From IMG/VR virus record IMGVR_UViG_3300042308_001600, positions 1 to 64,000 of that record: a stretch of DNA of 64,000 nt; one strand, given 5' to 3'. The notes below the pieces were generated by a model, which did no database searches, was not told the DNA's origin, and saw only the letters and a program-made list of their open reading frames with translations. This document shows, piece by piece, positions 46,554-55,899 of this stretch. This stretch comes from an uncultured virus (IMG/VR IMGVR_UViG_3300042308_001600) (taxonomy: Duplodnaviria; Heunggongvirae; Uroviricota; Caudoviricetes). Within the stretch, counting starts at the first letter, position 1. Each line of letters begins with the position of its first letter. The position numbers and the translations under genes are program-made.

Positions 46554-46944
46554 AGAACACCTCCGCGGGCATCAGACGCTTCAACCCCTCTTCCCCACAT
46601 GCGTGCAGGGCGTGGGCAAATTTTAGCGCATCCGCCTCATATTTGAACGCAGCGGTGGCTGAGAAACCAAGATCCATATTCTCATATTGGTCCAAGTCGT
46701 CATTGACCATTTCCAGCTCAACCCAAACCTTGAAGTACGTGCCGGGAGTTGGTCCGTCGGAGTCCGGTGGTCGGTACTCTTTGAGGATTTCACCGTCCGC
46801 CAACCAGGTGACTTGCTCGCCGGCCGCACGTCCGCCGCCCTCCTTGGACTGCGCTTCGTATTCCTTGAATGTGATAAGTGCCTGGTCTGCCGAGTCGCCC
46901 GTATAGGCGCGACCGATGTTACTGACTATGACTTCATGCGTCAT
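46543..46944 (-). CDS. hypothetical protein
   Basis: V.NIG..Y.G...A...F..Y...S..G.GRAAGE.V motif. Confidence 0.62.
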   Translation of the reverse strand: MTHEVIVSNIGRAYTGDSADQALITFKEYEAQSKEGGGRAAGEQVTWLADGEILKEYRPPDSDGPTPGTYFKVWVELEMVNDDLDQYENMDLGFSATAAFKYEADALKFAHALHACGEEGLKRLMPAEVFYDQ

Positions 46945-47119
46945 TTGGTTGCTCTGGGTGCAGTTTGAAAAAATCCGCACGGGTCACAGGTTGGACAATT
47001 TTGTCATCCCAGTAACTCATGGTTCGCGGCTCCTGCAGTGCAACAAGCGGGCGTGCGCCCGCCATGAAGCACAAGGCTACAGCCTGCCCTTTGCGATCAC
47101 GTACCAGGAAATAGTTCAT
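46934..47119 (-). CDS. small hypothetical protein
   Basis: ATGA overlap. Confidence 0.5.
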   Translation of the reverse strand: MNYFLVRDRKGQAVALCFMAGARPLVALQEPRTMSYWDDKIVQPVTRADFFKLHPEQPNDA

Positions 47120-47463
47120 GAGCTGCTCGTGCGGTCACCATTCAAGAAACCATCCCGCAGGTGATCCAGGGGCAGGTACCCGACACCGCAGAAGCGCAAG
47201 GTTTTGTCCTCGGCACCCCAATCATAGTCGAAGCGCAGTACGATCTCCCCTTCTTTGCCGGTCCTGAAGTTGTGAAACTCATGGAACCCCGTGATGTGCT
47301 GCTTTAGGATCTCGGCGATCCGGGCAAGCTGTGGTGCCTTGGCTTCGCGTACAGCGCATCCGATGTACTCGTAACCCCTGTTCTGTAGTCGTAACTCCGG
47401 ATTATCCTCGAAGAGCCGCTTGAGCTCGTCGTGTGTTTGCTGATCAATGCGTGTTATTTGCAT
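47116..47463 (-). CDS. hypothetical protein
   Basis: start refined to MQITR; F.NF...R..Y.W...F.GVGY. Confidence 0.62.
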   Translation of the reverse strand: MQITRIDQQTHDELKRLFEDNPELRLQNRGYEYIGCAVREAKAPQLARIAEILKQHITGFHEFHNFRTGKEGEIVLRFDYDWGAEDKTLRFCGVGYLPLDHLRDGFLNGDRTSSS

Positions 47464-47580
47464 ATGCAGTCCTGGGCCCACTTCACGAAGCGTGTGTGGT
47501 GTATTTTGAAAACATAGAACAAAGTATCCCACCACACCTCATCCTTCCCAGTGCTGGTCCGGCCGCGAAACGGCCCACAC

Positions 47581-47895
47581 TCAGGACCGCGTGGCGCGGA
47601 GTCTGCTTTGTAGTTTCCTCAACTGTCCTTCAACCTCAATCAACTTGGTCAACAGCCCTTGGGTGCGCTCCATCAGGCGTGCGTTTAATTCCACCTTGAT
47701 GGCTTCGGCTAACTCACGGGCATCGTCACGCTCACAGATCAACCGGTACTTGCACCCTGGTGCATGGTAGACAACCTCCGGTGTTTTTGTGCCGCAGTTA
47801 CAGGCACCCACGATTGTGTCCCGCCTGAGATCGTCCTGATCCCTTGTACACATCCAGGATGGTGGTACCCACTGAGGTTGAGGTATGTCACTCAT
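47581..47895 (-). CDS. hypothetical protein
   Basis: CNCGTKTP...H...C motif plus coiled coil. Confidence 0.55.
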   Translation of the reverse strand: MSDIPQPQWVPPSWMCTRDQDDLRRDTIVGACNCGTKTPEVVYHAPGCKYRLICERDDARELAEAIKVELNARLMERTQGLLTKLIEVEGQLRKLQSRLRATRS

Positions 47896-48358
47896 TGCGT
47901 TCCATGATTTGTAGCCGGGGCTGCTCATGTTCACCCAGGACTGGTGGATTTCCTGCCGCATAGTAGCGCTCTAGCGCCGCATCCGCACACTCGGCTGCGT
48001 CTGCCAGGTCCTCCCACTCAGGATCACCGACGGGGCGCACACAGCCGGATTCAAGTCTGATCAACCCACCAGTCGCACTAATGGTCGACACAAGTTTCTC
48101 GCAAGCCACGACCAGCGCACTGATCAGCGGACCTTGCTCGGTCTGGTCACACTCTTCATCGGTCTTCATGAACTTGGGGCACTCCTTGCAATAATTGTCC
48201 AGGTCAAACAAACCAGGCCAGCCGATTGAACAGCGGGACAGCATACCTGGAGCATAGTCAAGGTGCTGACAGGCGCGGCACAGATCATCGTCACTGATGG
48301 ACAGAGCCCCCAGATAGCCTGCAAAGGCTGCTGTTAATTTTGTGCGAGCTTCACTCAT
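47888..48358 (-). CDS. hypothetical protein
   Basis: start refined by ATGA overlap. Confidence 0.6.
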   Translation of the reverse strand: MSEARTKLTAAFAGYLGALSISDDDLCRACQHLDYAPGMLSRCSIGWPGLFDLDNYCKECPKFMKTDEECDQTEQGPLISALVVACEKLVSTISATGGLIRLESGCVRPVGDPEWEDLADAAECADAALERYYAAGNPPVLGEHEQPRLQIMERNE

Positions 48359-48516
48359 TTTTTCCGGGCCTTGTGTTTGTCCTGCTCGCGCTTCCATTGC
48401 GCTACCAGGTGCTTTTTGTCGTCACTGGTCAGCTGTGCCCACTCAGGCTTGCCGTCGCGGTGTGCCCACCAGGTTTTGACCTGGTGGAGCAGTTGATCAT
48501 TCCGCATAGGGCTCAT
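48355..48516 (-). CDS. small hypothetical protein (53 aa, below ORF-track cutoff)
   Basis: MSPMRNDQLL...KARKK; stop overlaps the next ATG. Confidence 0.5.
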   Translation of the reverse strand: MSPMRNDQLLHQVKTWWAHRDGKPEWAQLTSDDKKHLVAQWKREQDKHKARKK

Positions 48517-48519
48517 TGG

Positions 48520-49131
48520 TCACCTCTCCACGCTGGCCAGAATCCGCTCCACGTAGTCCCGCGCGGCCACCTCGGCGCTCTGGGTAACCCTGAATTTGAA
48601 TGACGCTTTTTCATTTGCGTAATTCTTCACCTCCACAGTGTCGTAGGCTGGGTAGCTTGCAAGGACATGCCGCCCGCATTCGAAATGACCTTCAACGTGA
48701 TATGACAAGAAACACATGACAGAGCCGGAAGCTTCGTGGTTTACATGGGTAAACTGTTCCTTGACGGCAAGCCCATGTGAACGCAGCTCCAGCAACTTGC
48801 GCACCACAGCATCACAGAACTGGTCCGCAGCTGCCTTGGCCTGGGCATACAGCATCTCGTTGCGCTTGGTATTGGTCTCGAGGATTGCCGCTCGCCGCTC
48901 CGCCGCCGCTGCCAGGGCTTTGACGCGCTGAACCATATCCTGAGGGACGGATGCGGAAGTGTCAGGCTGTACTTCAATGGTGTCCACCGTATCCTGCCTG
49001 TAGAACTCATCACTGTCGCACTGAATCGTGAAGCCCTGGTGGGCCTGCTCCTCCGCAGCCTGCTGGTTGTCTGCTTCCACACGGACTGCCTTGCGGACCG
49101 TGGCCTGAATCGTTACGTCGTAGACGGGCAT
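48520..49131 (-). CDS. hypothetical protein with DpnD/PcfM-like N-terminus
   Basis: YDVTI.......VEA.....AEE.A. Confidence 0.6.
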   Translation of the reverse strand: MPVYDVTIQATVRKAVRVEADNQQAAEEQAHQGFTIQCDSDEFYRQDTVDTIEVQPDTSASVPQDMVQRVKALAAAAERRAAILETNTKRNEMLYAQAKAAADQFCDAVVRKLLELRSHGLAVKEQFTHVNHEASGSVMCFLSYHVEGHFECGRHVLASYPAYDTVEVKNYANEKASFKFRVTQSAEVAARDYVERILASVER

Positions 49132-49355
49132 GCTGCTCTTTGTTTTAACATCTGGTTGTACTGAACGAAACTGCGGTGCGCATGGGGGTAGTGAAAGGCT
49201 ATCACGACCCTGCCTGCTCCTGGCTTTGTGCCCCAATACCTGCTTGGTCGATCACACCAAGCGAGCTGCACCCACTGTCCCCGCTGATAGCACTGCAGGT
49301 GCAGCACATCATGGATGACAGGGGTGCGGACGAAATGCTTATGCTGATGCATCAA
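49113..49355 (-). CDS. small hypothetical protein
   Basis: GQWV....SR..G motif. Confidence 0.5.
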   Translation of the reverse strand: MMHQHKHFVRTPVIHDVLHLQCYQRGQWVQLAWCDRPSRYWGTKPGAGRVVIAFHYPHAHRSFVQYNQMLKQRAACPSTT

Positions 49356-49617
49356 TGGTACGGATCATGAGACGGGGCGGAGGTTCCATGATGGAACCCC
49401 GCAGCCCGCGTTCGTAATTCTGGCGCCGGTACATGAATGATTCCTGCAACCCGAACCGGCAGAGGGCGGCGCTGAAGCGCTGACCTGCCGGGGTATTGTT
49501 CATAGTCCAATACCAGTTGAGCTGCTGTGGACCCAGCACCCGCCAGGCCCATCGGGTAAACACCTCCCAGTACTCCTGGTGTAGCCTGTCCCGTCGGTCG
49601 GTTGTTTGACTTGTCAT
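49339..49617 (-). CDS. hypothetical protein
   Basis: ATGA overlap. Confidence 0.52.
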   Translation of the reverse strand: MTSQTTDRRDRLHQEYWEVFTRWAWRVLGPQQLNWYWTMNNTPAGQRFSAALCRFGLQESFMYRRQNYERGLRGSIMEPPPRLMIRTIDASA

Positions 49618-49952
49618 GGCACCTTGAAAGTGACTCTCCACGTCGTCCCTAGCCGCTCCACAATGGGCTCCGCCTTCAAGGTCATGACAGCCCCCTTCGC
49701 GGTGCTGGGACCCTCAGGACCAAACGTGAGCGTCATCCAGGTGTTATCTGTGACAATCAACAACGGCGCTGTTCCTGGGAGTGACAACTCCTTGAGGGTA
49801 TCTAGGGTTGCTGTAAATGGAGCGTCTTGAACTGGCATTGCTGGTTTCTTAGGCTCAGGACTGTCTGCGGACTTAACCCACAGCAAAGCCGCGATGATCA
49901 AACCACCCGCCACCATGCAGGCAATGATGTCCTCGGATAGATCGGATTTCAT
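49614..49952 (-). CDS. single-TM membrane protein
   Basis: N-terminal hydrophobic helix; ATGA overlaps. Confidence 0.6.
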   Translation of the reverse strand: MKSDLSEDIIACMVAGGLIIAALLWVKSADSPEPKKPAMPVQDAPFTATLDTLKELSLPGTAPLLIVTDNTWMTLTFGPEGPSTAKGAVMTLKAEPIVERLGTTWRVTFKVP

Positions 49953-50686
49953 GACACTTTATCCAGGGCGGTATCGCGAAAGCTGACCCACTTCCAACCC
50001 TGCACATAGGCGCCGTTTTCTTCACCCTCAGACACCTTCGCGTCCGGGTCGAACTCGAGCTCACCATCTTTCTGATGGTATTGCCTGGCCAGCTCCCTGA
50101 TAGCCTCATGCCGCCCCCGCTCCATCTCAACATCGGCGACAACCTCTGCAGCGGTTTTGATCCAACGCTTGTCGTCCGGGGTCAACTCGGCTGCCTTGGG
50201 AACGTCCGGGAATCCCGGCAGGTCCAATGTTGGAATGATCTTGAGCACCTCATGCCTGACTTCCTGCATGATCCGCACAGTATTGTCGACCTGCACCCTC
50301 AGCCCCTTCAGGTACGAGTCCCAGGTTCTGTGAGCATTTTCAGAGGATTCACGATCCGCCTTGTCGCATGACTGTTCCAACCCAACAATGTAGTTGAGCT
50401 CGAACTGCAGCATCTCGACCCAGCTGAGCCACCACGTTCTAAACACTTTCTCAGTGCACGGATGTGCATTTGAGTCCCAGACGCGATTAAAATGTGACCG
50501 GAACTCCCGCGTGTTACCATTCAGACCTGCGTACAGCTGGTCTGTCACCACGTACACGTCAGACTCAGCATAGTGGGCCTGTACACCCTGTAGGATGCAG
50601 TTCATCTCCTGCACGCGGCGCATTAGAGAAGCACTGTCGTGCTCATCTTCTGCAGAACATACTTGGATCAGCGTGACGGCTTTCAT
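49949..50686 (-). CDS. hypothetical protein
   Basis: start refined by ATGA overlap; C-terminal DGELE.D..A.VS....GAYVQ.W.WV module. Confidence 0.62.
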   Translation of the reverse strand: MKAVTLIQVCSAEDEHDSASLMRRVQEMNCILQGVQAHYAESDVYVVTDQLYAGLNGNTREFRSHFNRVWDSNAHPCTEKVFRTWWLSWVEMLQFELNYIVGLEQSCDKADRESSENAHRTWDSYLKGLRVQVDNTVRIMQEVRHEVLKIIPTLDLPGFPDVPKAAELTPDDKRWIKTAAEVVADVEMERGRHEAIRELARQYHQKDGELEFDPDAKVSEGEENGAYVQGWKWVSFRDTALDKVS

Positions 50687-51339
50687 GCGTCGTAGTCGGG
50701 CAGGAACGTTTCCTTGATGCCACCTTTGTAGCCGCGCTGTACATGCACAGCCCCAAGACAGAACCCAGCCTGGGGCCAGGGAGTCTTGGGCGGTGGGGTC
50801 TTCACGTACGCGATCTCCTTGATACCGAAGCCAGCATTCCGGATGGCGTTGCGTTTGGCCTTCTGGAACACGTTGGGGACCAGACACAAGTACACAACAT
50901 TGTCGGCCAGCTCCATCCCACGAATCCACCAGTTCAGGAGTTTCTCCCAAGGCGGGTTGGTGATGATGAAACTGAACTTGTCTACATGGTCCAGCTTGGT
51001 GTCCTTGAGGGTGTCGCGTTTCATCACACAACCCCACCAGTTCTTGGTGTCGAAGAAATCGATCCCGGCGTCCACTTCAGCCCACTTCAAACTGGTTACA
51101 GCACATCGCGTCTTCAATGCCTCCAGGAATGCGCCCTGTCCGCGAGCCGGGTCAAGAATGTATCCGCCGGTCATCTGCGCAGCAAAATGATCCACGAGCT
51201 GCTGGGCCAATGGCGCGGGTGTCATGACCCGGTTCTCACCGTTGGACGGTACGAGCCCGCGCCGTTTAACCTTTTGTACTTCGTCCACCACCCCAGCTGG
51301 TTGTTGGGGTATTTCGGTTTTCTTTTTTTTAGCTGTCAT
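50683..51339 (-). CDS. DNA N6-adenine (amino) methyltransferase
   Basis: TP..LA, ILDPARGQGAF (motif I), DFF, IITNPPW (motif IV). Confidence 0.85.
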   Translation of the reverse strand: MTAKKKKTEIPQQPAGVVDEVQKVKRRGLVPSNGENRVMTPAPLAQQLVDHFAAQMTGGYILDPARGQGAFLEALKTRCAVTSLKWAEVDAGIDFFDTKNWWGCVMKRDTLKDTKLDHVDKFSFIITNPPWEKLLNWWIRGMELADNVVYLCLVPNVFQKAKRNAIRNAGFGIKEIAYVKTPPPKTPWPQAGFCLGAVHVQRGYKGGIKETFLPDYDA

Positions 51340-51393
51340 AGGTCATTTGATCCCTGTATTCCGAAGCTCATACCGGAGGTTCTTGATGAGTTC

Positions 51394-51906
51394 TCATTGG
51401 ATATTGTCATGTACGATATGGGGAATACCGCGCTGGTCATCTTCCTTGGAGAAGAACAGACCACAATTCAGACAGTCATACAACCCCTCGGAATCGGGAG
51501 GCTCTGCGCAGACGAAGCCGCAACCAACAAGGTCACCCTCAAACCGCGGCTCGTCCGGACACTGAACACAGGACACCAACCGGTACGCCCGGATGTTCCG
51601 CACAAAACCACTGGCTACCGGAGGAAAGTCCGGGGCTAGCTCAATGATACGCAGCTCAACCAGCGTCTCCACTATTCCCTCGTTCTCGCTCCAGTGCTTG
51701 GCATAGAAGACATCGGAAGGCAGGTGATCTGTCTCAGGCAGGCGTACACTGACATGACAATACGGCTCGTACTGCCCAGGTGCTTCCTCCATTTCGGTGG
51801 TGAGGGACACAGCCAGCCCACCCAGAGCGTAAGTGGTCACAGACAACCGCCCTGACAACGTCGTGTCGAAGTGCTTAAACTTGAATTTAACCGTTGGATT
51901 CGTCAT
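51394..51906 (-). CDS. DUF4313-like protein with C-terminal Zn-ribbon
   Basis: EPY...SV.L...K.WSENEG....L...SGF. Confidence 0.65.
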   Translation of the reverse strand: MTNPTVKFKFKHFDTTLSGRLSVTTYALGGLAVSLTTEMEEAPGQYEPYCHVSVRLPETDHLPSDVFYAKHWSENEGIVETLVELRIIELAPDFPPVASGFVRNIRAYRLVSCVQCPDEPRFEGDLVGCGFVCAEPPDSEGLYDCLNCGLFFSKEDDQRGIPHIVHDNIQ

Positions 51907-52159
51907 AGGGAACGAGCTTGCAAAACACCCCAGCCTGCTTGGCTTTGCGGCTGGAGAAACGCTGGTACAGGTTTTTGTGAAAGTCATCTTGACGCTGCTT
52001 GCCCATGTTGCTGGTCGTGAACTTTGGACACGCGGCAGACTGCTTTTCAGCCCACTCTATTCCCCACCCCCACAACTCCAAAAACTTACCATCGCCGACA
52101 CGCTGCAGCACTTTGGGCACTTTGGGCAGCGGGACTCTGCTTCCGTGTCTGGCGCTCAT
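51887..52159 (-). CDS. small basic hypothetical protein
   Basis: ATGA overlap. Confidence 0.45.
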   Translation of the reverse strand: MSARHGSRVPLPKVPKVLQRVGDGKFLELWGWGIEWAEKQSAACPKFTTSNMGKQRQDDFHKNLYQRFSSRKAKQAGVFCKLVPYDESNG

Positions 52160-53151
52160 ACCTTGTTCGGGTACTGCATGACCGGACACTCTAGCAGTCC
52201 CTCGATATTCTCCGGACCAAGCATGCGCAGCATAGACGTGCGCAAGACATCATAGCTGGGAGCTTCGCAGATGAACTCCCATTCACCTGAGCTCTCCAGC
52301 GAGCCATACAGGGCAAACAGGACGGGGTGATCGTTGTCAGCCGCGTGGCGCTCCTGCGCATCCTCGACGGTGTAGTGTTCCATCGCCCAGCCGTCCTCAC
52401 TGTGCCGCACTGTGCGCACCTGGTAACGCTGATAACGTCCCTGCTGCGCGGGCGCGGCAGCCCACTCCACGTTCATGCTGCAGTTGGGTGTGTTTTGGAT
52501 ACGCACTGGCAACCGCAGTTTGGTCGCCAGAGACAGGAGTTCATCTTCACCCCAACGCACCGGGATCTCACAGTTCTGCTCCCAGAACATGGATTCTACC
52601 GCAGGTCCTACGTGGTCTTCCAAATAGTACGGCCAAACATCCTGCATGGCGTTGAAGTCCACATGGTCACAACTCCATGCCTCGAACAGCCGGCCGAGGT
52701 GTGCGCACCTTCGCATGAATTCATCCGCGCCGTTGTAGATCTCGGAGATGTCGTAGCTCTGCTTGTTTGCAAAGTAGTCGTACAGACCTTTGGCAATTGC
52801 AAATTCCGCTGCAGCATCTGGCGCCTCAGCCGGTTGTTCTGGAGTTTTGAGCGCCTGCTCCAGCCTGTATTTGCTCATGTCGTACCGCTGCCGCACAGCC
52901 AGGTTCCAGGCGTCGTTCCATAATGCCGCATCCTGTGCGTTGTCCGGATCAAATATCTTCTGCAACATCACAGCATCCCATGCGGCAGCCATCAGCACAT
53001 TTGCATCACAATAATCATTCGCACCGAGCCCGTCTTTGCCGCTGATCAAAGCGCACAGCTGCGCATCATTTAACCCCAACCTCAGAGCAGTGCAGAACCC
53101 GCAGGCCAACCCGTACAAGATATTCTCACGATACGGATCAGTCTCGGACAT
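52156..53151 (-). CDS. hypothetical multi-module protein
   Basis: DYCDAN..M..A...WN.AW module. Confidence 0.68.
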   Translation of the reverse strand: MSETDPYRENILYGLACGFCTALRLGLNDAQLCALISGKDGLGANDYCDANVLMAAAWDAVMLQKIFDPDNAQDAALWNDAWNLAVRQRYDMSKYRLEQALKTPEQPAEAPDAAAEFAIAKGLYDYFANKQSYDISEIYNGADEFMRRCAHLGRLFEAWSCDHVDFNAMQDVWPYYLEDHVGPAVESMFWEQNCEIPVRWGEDELLSLATKLRLPVRIQNTPNCSMNVEWAAAPAQQGRYQRYQVRTVRHSEDGWAMEHYTVEDAQERHAADNDHPVLFALYGSLESSGEWEFICEAPSYDVLRTSMLRMLGPENIEGLLECPVMQYPNKV

Positions 53152-53497
53152 ACCGGTCCTCCAAGGGCATGCCTGGTTCTGATCTCACAAACTCGCGCTG
53201 ACGAATGACCCTGTAACAGGTGTTCTCTTGGAGCCAAAGCGGCGCGTGCTCCTGGTGTGTCAACTGCGTCGGCTTATTGACGATCAACAGACGGTTGATG
53301 GTGTTCTGCAACATCAGGCAATCATTCACAGATACGGTATGGGCGTGTCCAGTGGCTTCCCCGTGCGCGAGCACAAACCGACCGGCTTCGCTTCTGCTTC
53401 GTTTCATCTTCTTCTGAGCTGCCGCTTCGGGCATCTCGACTGGCACAAGCAGGACATCGCCCTGCCTGACAATTGCTGGGATTGCGGTGGTGTTCAT
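53138..53497 (-). CDS. conserved RQGDV/His-rich protein (usual partner of DUF6745)
   Basis: RQGDVLL...LAHGEATGHAH...L.H.EH...Y.V.RQRE. Confidence 0.78.
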   Translation of the reverse strand: MNTTAIPAIVRQGDVLLVPVEMPEAAAQKKMKRSRSEAGRFVLAHGEATGHAHTVSVNDCLMLQNTINRLLIVNKPTQLTHQEHAPLWLQENTCYRVIRQREFVRSEPGMPLEDRYVRD

Positions 53498-54987
53498 GAT
53501 TCAAAGGTGGGGTTGTAGTGATCTGCTCGCAGACCAAACGTCCAGGCCACGGCTTCTTTCGAAGAGCTTATATGCGGCGGCACCTGCAGGTAGTAGTCCT
53601 TGAAGGTACCGTCCGGTTCAGCCGTAGAGTTCACGACTTTGACGAACAACGTCAGACTGTGCTTGGTGGCGCCGAAGCGCCGCACGGTGTCGCAAGTACG
53701 CCGGTATTCAATTTCACCAAGCCGCGGCTGGCTCAGGTCATACGCATCGGCTGGCAGCCCGGCCACAAACAATGTTCCGAAGTCGTCACGATGGAGCACC
53801 TTCAGGATTCCACTGGCCTCCAGAATCTCCGGCGCCAGCAGCTCGATCATGATGCGCCGAACTTCCTGGTTATCCTCTTCCAGGATATCCTCGGGTGCGT
53901 ACTCGCGCCGCATCACGTTTTCAGGCACGCGCACACCCTTATAGCTGTACCCGAGGATACGCCAACAGGAGGGCAGCATTCGTGCATGATGCGGCATGTC
54001 CTTGAGGGGGCGCTTAGAGATCGGCACGGCTGTGATCTTGTCTGGTACATCGAACCCCCAGTTCTCATAGAAGCCTGGATACTCCTTGGAGGCTACGCAG
54101 AACAGACCACGTGGGTGTGCCACCCCCACAGCTGCCTTGCGCCAGTTGGCAGGCATCTTGAATGCGAAGCACTTACCACCACGCTGTACGGTTGTGAGGA
54201 CCACGCGTCCCCGGATAAGCTGCACCCCAGCAGCGCCGGGAGTGGAGCGCCAACGCCCTCGGTTGAATTGGGAGTGACCAGTAACACCCATGCCCACGCG
54301 GATCTGACTCTGGTTATGCAGGGCATAAACGGACTTGTCGAATCGGTGCGCTACATGGAGCAGGAACTTATTGAGGGGCTCGAGCCGTTTCCTGGCCGCT
54401 GCATCTCGCTTGGCGCGCGCGATCTCACGTTTCTGGTTCAACTGCGATCTTAGTGTCGCCAGGTAGAGTGAGCTTGGACGTGGGGTGGGGGCGACCCAGC
54501 CGCGACCTGGGCGGCGCTTCTGCGCGGCATACCTCAGTGCTTGAAGGCGCTTGGTCAGAGTCGCGTACACGACCCGATCAAACCCTGTAGGGTATTTGCC
54601 ATGACGTACAATGACGTCCCACTGCCGCGCCGTCATGCTCTTGCGCACGTCACCCATCGTGGCGTCTTTGATCCGCTTGCGGACAACTGCATCCAGGACC
54701 TCTACGGTCTGCATGGTACGATCACGCATGCGCAGCAGCTCTACTGCGAAAGCTTGGTCCTCCTTGAACCTGATACAGATGTTCCGCAACTCCTGCTCGG
54801 CCTCATTGACTTTGTGCCATGCCAGCCATTCCACCTCCGTGACAGGAACGCGCTCCTCCACGATTCTGTTTGAAAAGTCAGCATACGCGCGCAGATGCCA
54901 TCCGCCGCTCTGCTGATACAGGGTGTACTTGCGCCCCTCATCCACCATGACAGCAATGCTGCCTGTAGCGGTGTGGCCTATCAGCAT
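53494..54987 (-). CDS. DUF6745-like domain protein with basic N-terminal region
   Basis: I..E.N.EVRR...VKV.NST.EPDG..K.Y.L.VPP.....EAVAWTFG. Confidence 0.78.
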   Translation of the reverse strand: MLIGHTATGSIAVMVDEGRKYTLYQQSGGWHLRAYADFSNRIVEERVPVTEVEWLAWHKVNEAEQELRNICIRFKEDQAFAVELLRMRDRTMQTVEVLDAVVRKRIKDATMGDVRKSMTARQWDVIVRHGKYPTGFDRVVYATLTKRLQALRYAAQKRRPGRGWVAPTPRPSSLYLATLRSQLNQKREIARAKRDAAARKRLEPLNKFLLHVAHRFDKSVYALHNQSQIRVGMGVTGHSQFNRGRWRSTPGAAGVQLIRGRVVLTTVQRGGKCFAFKMPANWRKAAVGVAHPRGLFCVASKEYPGFYENWGFDVPDKITAVPISKRPLKDMPHHARMLPSCWRILGYSYKGVRVPENVMRREYAPEDILEEDNQEVRRIMIELLAPEILEASGILKVLHRDDFGTLFVAGLPADAYDLSQPRLGEIEYRRTCDTVRRFGATKHSLTLFVKVVNSTAEPDGTFKDYYLQVPPHISSSKEAVAWTFGLRADHYNPTFES

Positions 54988-55469
54988 AGCAGTTCTCCCT
55001 TGTAGACCAGGTTGCGGATCGCACCTTCACAGACCAGAAGCAAATATGGGTCCTCCGTTGCTTCAGGTACTAAGTGTTGGGCCACCGCCATTTGACTACG
55101 TGCCAACGCCACAGCCTGGATGGGATTGATGGCCTGCACGGTGGTCAAGAACGTGTCCTGCCCATACGTGTCCGCCAGGTAGTCGGGATACAGCAACAGC
55201 ACCGAGTAGGGACGACTCGCCTCCTCGACTTCCCATTCATCACCTTGCTCCATCTGGATATCGAACAACTGATCAGCGACGCGGGCCTGATCAAAGTCAA
55301 AGATCCGCGCATGTGTGTTCTCTGGGTGCCAGCTCGCTCCTACACCCTGCTTACCATCTGGATGGCACATGTACATCCCTTGAGGATTCCTGAGCCACAC
55401 CTTCTTACCTGCGAACAGCCTCTCCAGTTCGCGTCGGCGTCCGAGCGCCTTGATTTCATTCTGGTTCAT
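54981..55469 (-). CDS. hypothetical protein
   Basis: YSVLLLYPDY motif. Confidence 0.6.
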   Translation of the reverse strand: MNQNEIKALGRRRELERLFAGKKVWLRNPQGMYMCHPDGKQGVGASWHPENTHARIFDFDQARVADQLFDIQMEQGDEWEVEEASRPYSVLLLYPDYLADTYGQDTFLTTVQAINPIQAVALARSQMAVAQHLVPEATEDPYLLLVCEGAIRNLVYKGELLC

Positions 55470-55899
55470 GAATTCTCTGGATTAGATTAAAGACCGGAGG
55501 CGCCGCAGGTTCCTCATTTGCTTCCAGGTAGACCGTCAGTACATCAACGGCGCCCTTGTCCTTAATGTCGAACCCGAAGAACTTCGCCGCAATGTAAGCT
55601 ACCAGCCGGCTAGGTACTATTTTGGTACCGACCTCTTCGATGACACTCAGTGAAAGGTGTCGACATAATCCGCAGGGTTGGTACTCGTGGGTGAACACAC
55701 AGCGTATCACGCCTCCCATGATAATCTGCCTAGCCGGGTCCGCACCAGCGGGAGGATCGAAGCCTGTTTGAATACGCTTCATGTCCTGATGGGACAGCAC
55801 GTACGTTTCAGCATGTTCTACCAGCTTGGCAGCAGCCTTATAATCATCCTCTGTCAGGATTACTGGGACGAAACCGAGGTCTCCTAATCCCATTGGCAT
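55456..55899 (-). CDS. hypothetical protein
   Basis: F..E.QP.G.CRHLS.S motif. Confidence 0.62.
   Translation of the reverse strand: MPMGLGDLGFVPVILTEDDYKAAAKLVEHAETYVLSHQDMKRIQTGFDPPAGADPARQIIMGGVIRCVFTHEYQPCGLCRHLSLSVIEEVGTKIVPSRLVAYIAAKFFGFDIKDKGAVDVLTVYLEANEEPAAPPVFNLIQRIHEPE

Noticed and set aside
47540..47556. CACTGGGAAGG on the minus strand resembling the cobalamin riboswitch B12 box
   Set aside because: The other conserved cobalamin elements are absent and the gap is too short.
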